The notes under the pieces were generated by a model, which searched no databases, was not told the origin of the DNA, and worked only from the letters and a program-made list of their open reading frames with translations. Positions 10,223-22,149 of a stretch of 64,000 bases of DNA are shown in pieces. The DNA is from Raja brachyura (taxonomy: Eukaryota), in NCBI GenBank assembly GCA_963514005.1, contig OY740784.1, forward strand, positions 12,338,001-12,402,000. The letters are read 5' to 3'. The translations under genes and the position numbers were made by a program. The stretch's first letter is position 1. Every line of letters begins with the position of its first letter.

Positions 10223-13200
10223 ATTGGCCCACCCTCCCTTTTGCAAGATTTGTCAAGGGAGCGAAGCTAAATGTATATTAACAACAACGGAAATCAATAA
10301 ATTTGTAACTACCACCATTAGGTGGCTATTTTGTTACAGTGTCGTTAGTTTTAGACACTGTAATACCACTTTTAAAATTTTTTTTGTCACATTAGTTCAC
10401 ACTTTGTCTTTTTGCTTAAGGACAATTTTAAAAGGGATGTACCAACAGAACTTAATAGCCGCGAATGGTCTCCCAACATCCAGATTTCTGAGGTATTTTG
10501 TTGCACCGTGTGACTTAAAGGTATCAAAGTAATTTAAAATGCAAGACGATAAACAAAAGAAATTTGGAGGAATCACATTTTGCAGTTGTAACATGAGGGG
10601 TGCTAATGAACCAATTAAAAGGGGTAAGATTTTCGCACAATTGTAATCACTTAATTCAGACATTTTTCTTACAAGAAACACACCTGAAACTGCAAGCTCG
10701 GACTAGATTGAAGGCAAATTGGATAGGTCAAACATATTAGTCTTCATATATTTCTAAATCTAGAGGCACGGCAATTATTACTCGTAAAGGTATACCATTT
10801 AAATAAAAGAATATCACAACAGATAAAGGGAGATATCTCATAGTTACCGGAGAGAGCCACTCTACCCCAATCACCATGGTAAATATTTATGCGCCTAATT
10901 TTGATAATCCCAAATTTTTTAATAAAATCCTGAATATAATTTCAGAGTTTAATTATCAAATTGTGATAATTGGGGGAGACTTTAATTGCGTTTTAGATCC
11001 TTACCTGGACAAATCTGTACAACAAGAGGCGTAACATAAATTCTAAAACTAGTGAACTCCTAAATACATACATAAAAAACACAATTATAACAGATGTTTG
11101 GAGGATCGCTAACCCAGCTGGAAGGGAATACCCATTTTACTCAACGGTACTCAAAACTTATTCACGTATCGACTACTTTTTAGTGGACACAAAATTAATT
11201 CCTAACACAATGAACCCAAAATATCATAACTGCATCATCTCTAAATGCTCCCCGTTAACTTTTCTTTTTAACTGCAAATGCCTAATAAAAAATCGTTTTG
11301 GAGGTTTAATCCTCAAATCCTAAATGATCCACAAGGTGGTATATATCTAAAACAACAGATGGAACTTTTTTTTTGAGACCAACGACACCCCAGATATTTC
11401 ACCCTCTTTACTATGGGAATCTTTTAAAGCATTTATCAGAGGATCTATAATTTCATATCAAGCTTTTGAAATTAAAAAGAACAAGAATGAACAAATGCAG
11501 TTAGGAGAACGAATTAGACAATTAGACCTAGATAATGCTAAAGAGCCAACTATAGATAAACATAATAAAATAACAATATTGGAATTTAAATTAAACAGAA
11601 TATTATCTGCAAAAGTTATAAGAATATTTCAAGTTACAAAACAGGAACATTTTGAATTTGGTGATAAACCACATAAACATTTGACACGTCAACTGAAAAA
11701 ACGGGAAAAAGATTATAAGATTTTAAAGATTAAATCAGATAAAGATGAATTGTTAACATTACCTAATGATATTAACAAAAGATTTGCTCAATTTTATCAA
11801 CATTTATATACATCTAAAGCGTCAGCAGATAGTACTAAAGTTATAGAGTTTTTGGATAACTGTAATCTCCCAAAACCTAATCTGCTGGAACACGAGGAAT
11901 TAGGAGCGCAGGTCTTAATTAAGGAAATAGAAGAAACAATAAACTCACTGAAGAATGGCAAAACACCAGGATCGGATGGATTTAGTAATACATTTTATAA
12001 AGATTTTATGAGATAATTTCACCACGTTTACATAAAATGTATACATATGCTTTCAAAGAGCAAACATTACCAGAAACATTAGCGGAATCAACGATTACAC
12101 TTATACCTAAAAAAGATAAAGACTTAGAAGACCTTGGCTCATACAGAGCCATCACACTGTTAAATACAGATCAAAAAATATTAGCGTCAACATTAGCAAG
12201 AAGATTAAGTAAATATGTTAGCAAATCAATAAATGCGGATCAAGCGGGGTTTATACCCAAGAGATATTCATGCAATAAATTGAGACGTCTGTTTAATATA
12301 ATGCATTCATATAAAACTGAAGAGCAAGACATCAATTATTTCATTGGATGCAGAAAAAGCATTTCATCAAGTGAAATGGGACTTGCTCGTTAAAGTATTG
12401 GAAAAATTTCAAATGGGAGAGAGTTTTATCTCATGGGTAAAACTATTATATGACAGGCCGTCTGCTAGAATATTAACTAATAACATGCTGTCTCAGAAAT
12501 TTCAATTATCCAGGGGCAATAGACAGGGATGCTCACTATCACCTCTGCTATTTGTTCTTGTAATAGAACCTCTAACTGAAATCATTAGAACACACCCGAA
12601 TATCCATGGTTATAATACAAAATACTCAAATAACAAAATATCATTGTATGCAGATGATGTACTACTGTATATTGCAAAATCGCAAATCAGTATACCAAAT
12701 ATATTAAATCTAATAGAGGAATTTGGATCCTTTTCAGGATACAGAATAAATTGGAATAAAAGTGAAATTATGACTATCAAACCTCAAGACTCGACACACC
12801 TGTTAAAATTGCCTTTTAAAATTGCTACAGAAAATTTTAAATACTTGGGAATCGAAATCACCAGAAAATATAAATCTTTATTTAATGCAAATTATATGCC
12901 CCTACTTACTAAATTAAACGCCCTGATTAAATTTTGGAAAACTCTTCCGATATCTTTAATAGGCCGAATAAATGCAATAAAAATGATCTTCCTACCACAA
13001 ATTTTATATTTATTCCAATCAATACCAATATACTTACCTAAAAAGTTGTTTTTTTAAACTGGATTCTGATATCACAAATTTTATATGGGACTACAAATAC
13101 CATAGCATTCAAAGAAGACTTTTGTACAAACCTAAAGAATTTGGTGGATTAACACTCCCTAATTTTTTGTATTGTTATTGGGCAGCAAATGTCAAAAATG

Positions 13201-14614
13201 TGGACAAATCTGTTGGACAAATCTGCCCAGCGGGTGGATTGGATAGTAATGGAGAGAGAGGATTGTTCCCCTTTTAGTATAGGAGCGATCCTTCTCTCAC
13301 GAATAAAATTGAATAATACAATATACAGTAAAAATCCAATTATTCATAGTACTATTAGAATTTGAAAACAAATAAAATTAACCCTTAAATTAAGAAATCT
13401 ACCGCTTCTCTCTCCCATAGTTAATAATCCGTTGTTTAAACCATCCACTATTGATAAATCATTTAAACATTGGGAAAGAATAGGAATTAAAACGTTTGGA
13501 GACATGTATGAAAATGGAAATGTTTTTATCATTCCAACAACTACAACTTAAATACAATCTGAGAAGTAATCAATATTTTAAATATTTTCAAATCCGTGAT
13601 TATTTGAAAAAATATACACAAGAATACCAAAATTTGACTCCAGACCTATTAGACGAAGCTATGAATAGAAAGGCAGACTCAACTAATTTAATGTCATACT
13701 TGTATGATATCATCCTAAATATAGAAATACCATCATCCGATAGAATTAGAAGAGATTGGGAACAAGAACTAGCTATAAAAATCTCGAAAGAGAGTTGGGA
13801 TAAACACTTGCTATATGTGCGTAAATGCTCGATCAATGTAAGACATATTCTAATCCAATTTAAAACCCTACACGGATTATATTATTCGAAAACTAAAATC
13901 AGTAAAATCTTTCCAAATGTTTCCCCCTTTTGTGATAAATGTCTATCTCCAGAAGCAACTATAGCACGTTCCTTTGTTTTTTGCATAAAAATCCAAAAGT
14001 TTTAGAAGGAAATCTTTGAAATTTTTACAAAATTATTTAAAATAAAACTGAAACTGACCGCAGAATTGATTATTTTTGGAACAATGGAAGTCGGCTTTGA
14101 GCTGACTCCATCCCAAAAGAGTTTGCTTAATTATGGCTTAATAATGGCAAAAAAAAACCCATACTTAAATTCTGGAAAAACATTCCCACACCAATGGTAA
14201 AAATGTGGATTTCAAATATGTCCGAAATGCTACACCTCGAAGATATGAGATTCGTCCGACCAGGCAAATTAGACCAATTCCAAAAGATTTGGTCTTCATT
14301 TATTGATTTATGACAACCATAGGGTGTAACATAACTTTGAAAATAAACTGTTTCAGGACCTGGTGAGGGGTGTGTAAAGATATGAAGTAGGAACATCCCT
14401 TTTATCTCATCTTATTTTCTTATATTTTCTTCTTTCTCTTTCCTTTTTTTTAGTTTTTGTGTTTTTTATTCTTTCTCATGTTCTACGTCTCTACGCGTTC
14501 TTCCTTTTCACTTTTTCACGCACTTACTATCTTAACTAACTTTCTCTATTTTTCTTCTTCTTAATGTTTAAAACAAGAAGTGGTGCAGGAAATGTATTAT
14601 GTTATTAAAAAAAA
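10223..14614 (+). mobile_element. L1-clade LINE, 5'-truncated (no ORF1), complete but disrupted ORF2 (about 10539-14340), antisense to VPS41
   Basis: APE endonuclease motifs (QETHL, NIYAPN, GGDFN, SRIDYFL), RT motifs (GKTPGSDGF, DAEKAF, RQGCSLSPLLF, LYADD) and a C-terminal Cys motif (CDKC). A8 tail at 14607-14614 and TSD GAGAATTGCT(T/G)CACA at 10208-10222 and 14615-14629. Several stops and frameshifts. Confidence 0.93.
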
Positions 14615-15639
14615 GAGAATTGCTGCACATGGCACAATTTTTGTCTGGTTCACTCTCGAGAAATTTGGGGACTTTGGGGAAGTGTGACTGTGGGAAATTG
14701 TACAAGGAATTACCCATCTTTGGTCCAATAAGGATTATATGCCATTCGAGGACTACCTAATCCAGCACTTCCTCCATTTGTGAGCCCAGTACTCCCCTCT
14801 TTTCTAAAACTTGTTCTGAACAACCCTCTGATGCTGAGCTTAATTCATCGCAATTACGCCACACAGCAAAATTGACTACATAGTATCCACATGAGTGTAA
14901 AAAGATATCTGTGGTCTAAACTGTGTAGAAAATACTTATGGATTTTAACTCTCCAAATCTGTTTTCAGCAATCCCTGTAGCTCGCTCCATTCATGATTTG
15001 TTTTGAGTTACTTTTTAAAAAAAATGGCATTAAATATACAACTGTCACTTAAGGTACAGTTTACAGTTATGGACAATTTGTATCTCAGTTACAAATAAAT
15101 CTTAAAAATGCACATTCACTTCTCAGATAACAGATTTTCCTGTAATAAGGTTACCATCAGAGAAAATAATCTCATACAAATTAGTCCTGAAGCTATGCAG
15201 TAAGCAGGTGGTTAGAGAAGCAAAATTATTTCTAGCAAGGTATGTATATGAGCAGATTTATGTTTACTGAATTTCCTTGATTTAATCGCCAAATTTCATG
15301 CTTCTTCTACTACTACACTGTGGTTACAAATTAGCTTTGCCTCAATAGATTTCCAGCTTTTCACAAGATTGAAAAATCGATAAAACTCTTATGAGCCTCA
15401 GGGGTGCAATGATGAATGGCAGACGCAAACTGCTTCCAAGAAATTCCTAACATAGGGAGGTTCCAAACTCAATAGCTTTGATCTGCCTAACCAATAGCAA
15501 GGAGGGGAGGCAAAATAAGAATTGATGCCAATTTGCACTATTCAGCTTACTGCCTAACACATGGGACAATGTGGATGAACAAGAAACACAGCGAAATATT
15601 TTAGCAATGGCGCTTACCTATTCAAAAGGGCCAAGAGAG

Positions 15640-16645
15640 AGTCAAGAGTGTTTTATTGTCTTTGTCCCGGATGGAAAAATTAAATTCTTACTTGCAGCAG
15701 CACAACAGAATATGTAAACATAGTGCACTGTAAACAGTATAACACACACACACACACACAATTCAAATAATAGTCTATGTAGTTTAGAGCTCATTTGAGG
15801 TTCTAGCATTTAGTAGCACAATGGCAGTGGGGAAAAAGTTGTTCCTGAACCTAGATGTTAGTTTTCAGGCTCCTATACCTTCTTCCCGAAGGCAGGGGTG
15901 AAATGAGTGTGTGGCCAGGGTGGTGTGGGTCTCTGATTATGCTGGCTGCCTTTTTGAGGCAGCAGTAAATCCCTTCGATGGTGGGGAGGTGAGAGCCGGT
16001 GATGGGCAGGGCGGTGTTCACAACTTTTTGCAGTCTTCTTCGCTCCTGGAACCAGTCATTATGCTCTCTACTGTGCACATGTAGAGGTTCAAGTGAATCC
16101 TCTCCGACATAACAAATCTCTAATCTTCTCAGGAAGTAGAGACGTTGATGTGCTTTCTTCATAATTGCATCAGTGTGCTGGGTCCAGGAGAGATCTTTGG
16201 AAATATACATGTCCAGGAATATTTGAAGTTTTTGACTCTCTCCATCATCCCGATTGTGGTTCCTTATCCTTCCTCTTCCAAAGTCCATTATCAGTTCATT
16301 GGTCTTCCTAACTTTGAGAGCCAGGTTGTTGTGCTGACACCATTTGGTCAATCGGTCGATTTTACTTCTACATCTGACTCATCACCATCTGTAATTCGTC
16401 CAACAACGGTGGTGTCATCGGCGAACTTGAAGATGGAGTTCGCACTGTTTCCTGCTAAACATTCGTGAGTATAGAGTGAGTCGGGGAGGGGGCTGAGAAC
16501 ACAGCCTTGAGGTGCTCCCATGCTGACTGTTGTTGAGGAGGAAGAGTTTCTGCCAAATTGAACAGACTGTGGTCTGTCGATGAGGAAGTCGAGGATACAA
16601 TTGCAGAGGACTGCGCAGAGACCCAGCTCAGTGAGTTGGTAATGA
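15640..16645 (-). mobile_element. Rex1/Babar-like LINE fragment, decayed
   Basis: ORFs 16348..16665 ([20 protein letters not shown]) and 15851..16351 (AHQRLYFLRRL, LPSGRRYRS). Confidence 0.88.
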
Positions 16646-16649
16646 GCTT

Positions 16650-17250
16650 CTTTTTTTTGTATCAAAAGTAATTTATTTAATTATTATCATGATACAAACA
16701 AAACCATGGTGACACACCCACCACCATATTACAACGTAACCCCAGTAAAGGGGCAAGCATGTGGCTTGGGCAAAGCCCTCTTCCGCCTGGGGCCGTGACT
16801 CGTGGATGGTCAGCTTGGCCAGGCTTAGGAGCAACCCAACCAGGACATCTTCGGCCCTGCCAACTCCCTAGATCCCATCATCAGTCCTTCAGTCACTGAC
16901 AGCAGAGCGACTCCTACCCTTGCGGACCCTAGGTGGAGTGGCGGTGCTCCTTGCCCTCCGGGCCCTGGCTACAAGGGACGCTCGACTGGTCCCTCTACCC
17001 TCTGCAGGAACAACGCTGCTCTTGGTCTTGGCGTCCTCCAGGTTGTCCAAGAAGGACCTGAGCTGATGCCGGTTGTTCCCCTTCACCGCATGCACCACCT
17101 TGCCCCTCCCCCTCATTTTGAGGTTGAGGTTCAGCGAGCCCGTGTAAGTGCTGATAGAGAGAAAGGTGAAGACTAGTTCCTGATACGACTGGGGGAAGAA
17201 GGGGAGAAAGAGCGGAACTACGGGATACAGAGAAGACACGTGTGAGGGCC
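16650..17250 (-). mobile_element. Putative internally deleted Tx1-like LINE remnant
   Basis: Poly-T run at 16650-16658 (A tail on minus). The minus strand reads DVLVGLLLSLAKLTIHESR, resembling Tx1 ORF2 C-termini, next to a GC-rich segment resembling an ORF1 end. Confidence 0.45.
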
Positions 17251-17325
17251 TAGTCTTTCTGTCAACATAACAACAGTACAACATTTAATTGCAGAATTAT
17301 TTATTTTTAACAAAAATACACTTAC

Positions 17326-17388
17326 TTTTATAGGGCAGTCAAAGCTTTCATGAAATCCTTCTCTGGTGTACAATCCAACCACTTGGAC
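17326..17388 (-). CDS. VPS41: VPS41 coding exon, VQVVGLYTREGFHESFDCPIK
   Basis: Embedded in ORF 17218..17424. Matches human VQVFGLYSGEEFHETFDCPIK. CAG acceptor, GTAAGT donor, 63 bp. Confidence 0.95.
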
Positions 17389-17749
17389 CTGTTTGGCAAA
17401 CGAAAAACATGAGCACAAAACCAAAATATAACAGGAAGTCTGCGCATGAAGAATAAAATACAGTATAGGCAGCCAATATCACAAGTAAAAGTAGAAGATG
17501 CACAGCAGGCATGTCAATGTCTTAACATCTTTACAGAGTAAGCATAAGTCAATAAATAATATTTTGTAAGAACTGTCGTGATGTTGAATCTACTCTAGAT
17601 ATTAACCAATTTTCTCTCTTTGGAGCTGCAGTGGTTCCCAATATTCTCTGCACTTAGCCTGAGTAATCAGAGCTCTTTTAGGAATGAATCTCAAAGGAAG
17701 ATCCGTTATTCCATCTCTTGTAGCTATGAAGATAAAATGTTAAAATCTT

Positions 17750-17985
17750 AGACACAACGTACTGGAGTAACGCAGCGGGTCAGGCAGCATCTCTGGAGAA
17801 CATGGATAGATGACGTGTTGAGTAAGGACCAATCTTCAGACTGAGCCTGGCAAGTGATATAGGTGAGGGGGGGGGGGCAGATGGTTTGGACAAAGGCTAG
17901 AGAATGAAAAGACAAAAGACTGTGAGAGAAGGAGAGAAGAGGGGTGAACTTTGTAGCCAGGGGAAGGCAGCTAGGTGACGCGATG
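17750..17985 (-). mobile_element. Penelope terminal-repeat fragment
   Basis: 'ctggagtaacgcagcgggtcaggcagcatctctggagaa...tcttcagactg' with a degenerate hammerhead core. Confidence 0.65.
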
Positions 17986-18850
17986 GAATGAAGGGCCCAT
18001 TTCCGGGCTGTATCTCTAAACTGAACTAATTAAGGTTAGAAGATACTCAAAGGCGCACAGGAAGATTTATTTTGGTTGGATTCTCCTCTCAATCAACACA
18101 ACTGTTTCAATTGTTGTTGACCTTTGTCACGTGCACAATGACCTACTACATTGGCTTGGCATACTGTGATTCTAATAGGCTTTGAGATATCCAAATAATA
18201 ACAAATACAATTCACTCCAGCGTTTTCAATTTTACTTTGAACAAGTTGCCCCTGGATCACACTTAACTGCCTGTTTGCTGGTGACCACAACTGTTGCATA
18301 ATTTGCTTGCATCAAATTACAAAGATTTACAGTGCCCTCCATAATGTTTGGGACAAAAACCTACAATTTATTTATTTGACTCTGTACTCTAGAACTTGAG
18401 ATTTGTAATAGAAAAAAAATCACACTTGGTAAAAGTGCACATTGTCAGATTTGAATAAAGGCCATTTTTAAACATTTTGGTTTAACCTTGTAGAAATTAC
18501 AGCTGTGTTTATACATAGTCCCCCTATTTCAGGGCACCATAATGTTTGGGACACAGCAATGTCATGTAAATGAAAGTAGTCATGTTTAGTATTTTGTTGC
18601 ATATCCTTTGCATGCAATGACTGCTTGAAGTCTGCGATTCATGGACATCACCAGTTGCTGGATGTCTTCTCTGGTAATGCTCTGCCAGGCCTGTATTGCA
18701 GCCATCTTTTGGCTTATGCTTGTTTTGGGGGCTAGTCCCCTTCAGTTTTCTCTTCAGCATATAAAAGGCGTGCTCAATTGGGTTCAGATTGGGTGATTGA
18801 CTTGGCCACTTAAGGCTTAACCATTTTTTAGCTTTGAAAAACTCCTTTGT

Positions 18851-19397
18851 ACCCCCACAATTAAAATGTGGGCGGCAGAAATGTTGGAGACGTTACAATT
18901 AGAAAGAATCAGATTTGTCCTACTGGACAAATATAACTCTTTCGAACAAATATGGTCTCCATATATACAGTACCTAGAGAAGTAGCTGCTCTTGACAACA
19001 CAGCTTGACGGGTACCCTGCGGGACTTGATGAGAATAACATATTCTTATACTAGGATTAATAAGCATGTCTTCATTGATACTATTATTTGTAATAGTTTT
19101 AGATAAAACATATTTGGTTGTTTTTCATTTATATATATATATATATAATATTTTTTCATTTTCTGTTAACCTTATTTCCTTTTTCTATTTTCTTTTTCTC
19201 TTTTATATAATCAAATTATTATTTAATCACTCTCTTATTGATTTAAAACTACTCTATCTCTATCTTTTTTTCCTAAAAAATAGAAGATAATAACTTTCAA
19301 TGGGTTATTTAAAAAAAAATTTTGGAATTAAGTTGATGTTTGTAAAGCTGTTTACAATATTGTAAATCGATTACTTCTAATAAAAGAAATTAAACAA
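18851..19397 (+). mobile_element. L1 3' fragment inserted in the Tc1 transposase
   Basis: Encodes PTIKMWAAEMLETLQLERIRF...IWSPYIQYLEK*, homologous to 14185-14310. AATAAA and an A-rich tail, with a perfect 15-bp TSD GAAAAACTCCTTTGT at 18836-18850 and 19398-19412. Confidence 0.9.
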
Positions 19398-20415
19398 GAA
19401 AAACTCCTTTGTTACTTTAGCAGTATGTTTGGGATCATTGTCTTGCTGCAGAATGAACCGCCGGCCAATTATTTTTGAGGCATTTGTTTGAACTTGAGCA
19501 GATAGGATGTGTATATACACTTCAGAATTCATTATGCTACTACCATCAGGAGTTGTATCATCAATGAAGATAAGTGAGCCAGTACCTTCAGCAGCCATAC
19601 ATGCCCAGGCCATAACACCCCCACCATCGTGTTTCACAGATGAGGTGGTATGCTTTGGATCTTGGGCTGTTCCTTCTCTCCTCCATACTTTGTTCTTGCC
19701 ATCACTCTGATATAAGTTAATCTTCGTCTCATCAGTCCACAAGACCTTTTTACCGAACTGTGGTTGCTCTTTTAAGTACTTCTTGGCAAACTGTAAACTG
19801 GCCATCCTATTTTTGTGGCTAACCAGTGGTTTGCATCTTGCAGTGTAGCTTCTGTATTTCTGTTCATGAAGTCCAATGACAGTGGTCATTGACAATTCCA
19901 CACCTGAAGAGCGTTTCTGATCTCTCCGACAGGTGTTTGGGGATTTTTCTTTAGTATAGAGAGAATTCTTCTGTCATCAACTGTGGCGGTCTTCCTTGGC
20001 CTGCCAGTCCTTTTTGTGATTAGTAAGCTCACCAGTGCTTTCTTTCTTCTTAATGATGTACCAAACAGTTGATTTTGGTAAGCTAATGTTTGGCTGATGT
20101 CCCTAAGTTTTATTCTTGTTTCTCAGTCTCATAATGGCTTCTTCGACTTTCATTGGCACAACTTTGGTCCTCACGTTGTTAAACAACAATAAACGTTTCC
20201 AAGGGTGATGGAAAGTCTGGAGGAAAGACTAGGTGCTGAGAGCTCTCTTATTCCTGCATGAAGGAGGCAATTAAACACACCTGAGCAATTACAAACACCT
20301 GTGAAGCCATGTGTCCCAAACATTATGGGATGGAGGTGGGGGGGGGGGGGGGGGGGAGAACCTTGTATAAACACTGCTGTAATTTCTACATGGTGAAACC
20401 AAAATGTATAAAAAG

Positions 20416-20784
20416 TAAGTTTATTGGCCAAGTATTCACATACAAGGAATTTGCCTTGGTGCTCCGCCCACAAGTAACAACATGACAAACAATGGCAGTT
20501 ATGAATGACTCCGAAAACATTAAACATTAATAATAATAAAACATTAATGATAAAACACCATTGATTAAGCATGTGAACCAACAAAAAAACAGATTAAAGG
20601 GAGGCTACAGATTTTTGGCTGTTGAGTGGAGCAACTACTCGTGGATAAAAACTGTTTATATGTCTGGCTGTGGCAGCTTTGACAGTCCGGAGTCGCCTTG
20701 CAGAGGGAAGTGATTCAAAGAGTTTGTGGCCAGGGTGAGGGGGGTCAGGGATGATCTTGCCCGCTCGCTTCTTGGCCCTTGCAA
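20416..20784 (-). mobile_element. Rex1-like LINE 3' fragment inserted in the Tc1 right TIR
   Basis: Minus strand reads KIIPDPPHPGHKLFESLPSARRLRT then a 3' UTR ending CAATAAA. It interrupts sequence that matches the left TIR. Confidence 0.75.
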
Positions 20785-21316
20785 GATAAAGGGTATTACC
20801 AAAAAATACCCTTTAATAAAATCTGACAATGTGCACTTTAACCACATTTGATTTTTTTCTATTGAAATTCTCAAATTGTGGAGTACAGAGGTAAATAAAT
20901 AAATGATGGGCCTTTGTCCCAAACATTATGGACGACATTATAACCAATCTTTATGGCACCATTTCCTCAGGCAGAATTAAAGGAAGATGATCTTTTTGTG
21001 GAGTGAATGGCAGTGATGAATAATGTTACAGAGAGAAAGCTCGAGTCGAAGTGAAACTATATGAGGATAAAAACTACCCCAGTTAGGGGTAAAGACCAAG
21101 CAAACCAACAATTAATTAAATCTATTATCTGCCCAACTTGATCAAAAATATAACATCTTTAGCTAAACTGTTAAATAATGGAAAAGTATGATGTGCATTG
21201 CATGACTTCATGACTAAAATTAACTCAAGGATAAGTTGTTTTTTTATCAGTACTGTTGAAAACTGCCTTCTATCAACTCATCCACATGAACTAAGAATTG
21301 ACCAGTCATTGACTGG

Positions 21317-22027
21317 GTACACCAGTCATTGAAAGTAGGCATGCAGGTGCAGCAGGCAGTGAAGAAAGCAAATGGTATGTTAGCATTCATAGCGAAAGGA
21401 TTTGAGTATAGGAGCAGGGAGGTTCTACTGCAGTTGTACAGGGTTTTGGTGAGGCCACACCTGGAGTATTGCGTACAGTTTTGGTCTCCAAATCTGAGGA
21501 AAGACATCCTTGCCATAGAGGGGGTACAGAGAAGATTCACCAGACTGATTCCTGGGATGTCAGGACTTTCATATGAGGAAAGATTGGATAGACTCGGTTT
21601 GTACTCGATGGAATTTAGAAGATTGAGGGGGGATCTTATAGAAACCTACAAAATTCTTAAGGGGTTGGACAAGCTAGATGCTGGAAGATTGTTCCCGATG
21701 TTGGGGGAGTCCAGAACAAGGGGTCACAGTCTAAGGATAAGGGGGAATTCCTTTAGGACCGAAATGAGGAAAACATTCTTTACACAGAGAGTGGTGAGTC
21801 TCTGGAATTCTCTGCCACAGAAGGTAGTTGAGGCCAGTTCATTGGCTATATTTAAGAGGGCGTTAGATGTGGCACTTGTGGCTAAAGGGATCAGGGGGTA
21901 TGGAGAGAAGGCAGGTACGGGATACTGAGTTGGATGATCAGCCATGATCACATTGAATGGCGGTGCAGGCTCGAAGGGCCGAATGGCCTACTCCTGCACC
22001 TATTTTCTATGTTTCTATGTTTCTATG
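21317..22027 (+). mobile_element. CR1 LINE 3' fragment with intact ORF2 C-terminus (young copy)
   Basis: ORF 21329..21928 has LYRVLVRPHLEYCVQFWSP, RLRGDLIETYKI and TRGHSLRI. Tail is (TTTCTATG)n. Confidence 0.92.
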
Positions 22028-22149
22028 ATGGATACAGTATAAGGAACAACCTCTTTTAGCAAAAGTCCAATTTGGAAATTCCCCCGGTTGTGTGTGCAAT
22101 TACCAAATGATTGTTAATCTAACGATCTTTGTGACACAAGATAAAATAA

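Larger units (their letters stand above)
18330..20940 (-). mobile_element. Tc1-family DNA transposon of IR/DR type, disrupted transposase
   Basis: TA flanks at 18328-18329 and 20941-20942. Long TIRs begin CAGTGCCCTCCATAATGTTTGGGACA, with inner direct repeats at about 18537 and 20310. ORF 19377..19901 has VLWTDETKINL, VKHDGGGVMAWAC and LQQDNDPKHT. Confidence 0.93.

Noticed and set aside
11495-14005. ORFs 11495, 12037, 12344 and 13496 as separate genes or an active L1
   Set aside because: They are fragments of one L1 ORF2 broken by stops and frameshifts, and ORF1 is absent.
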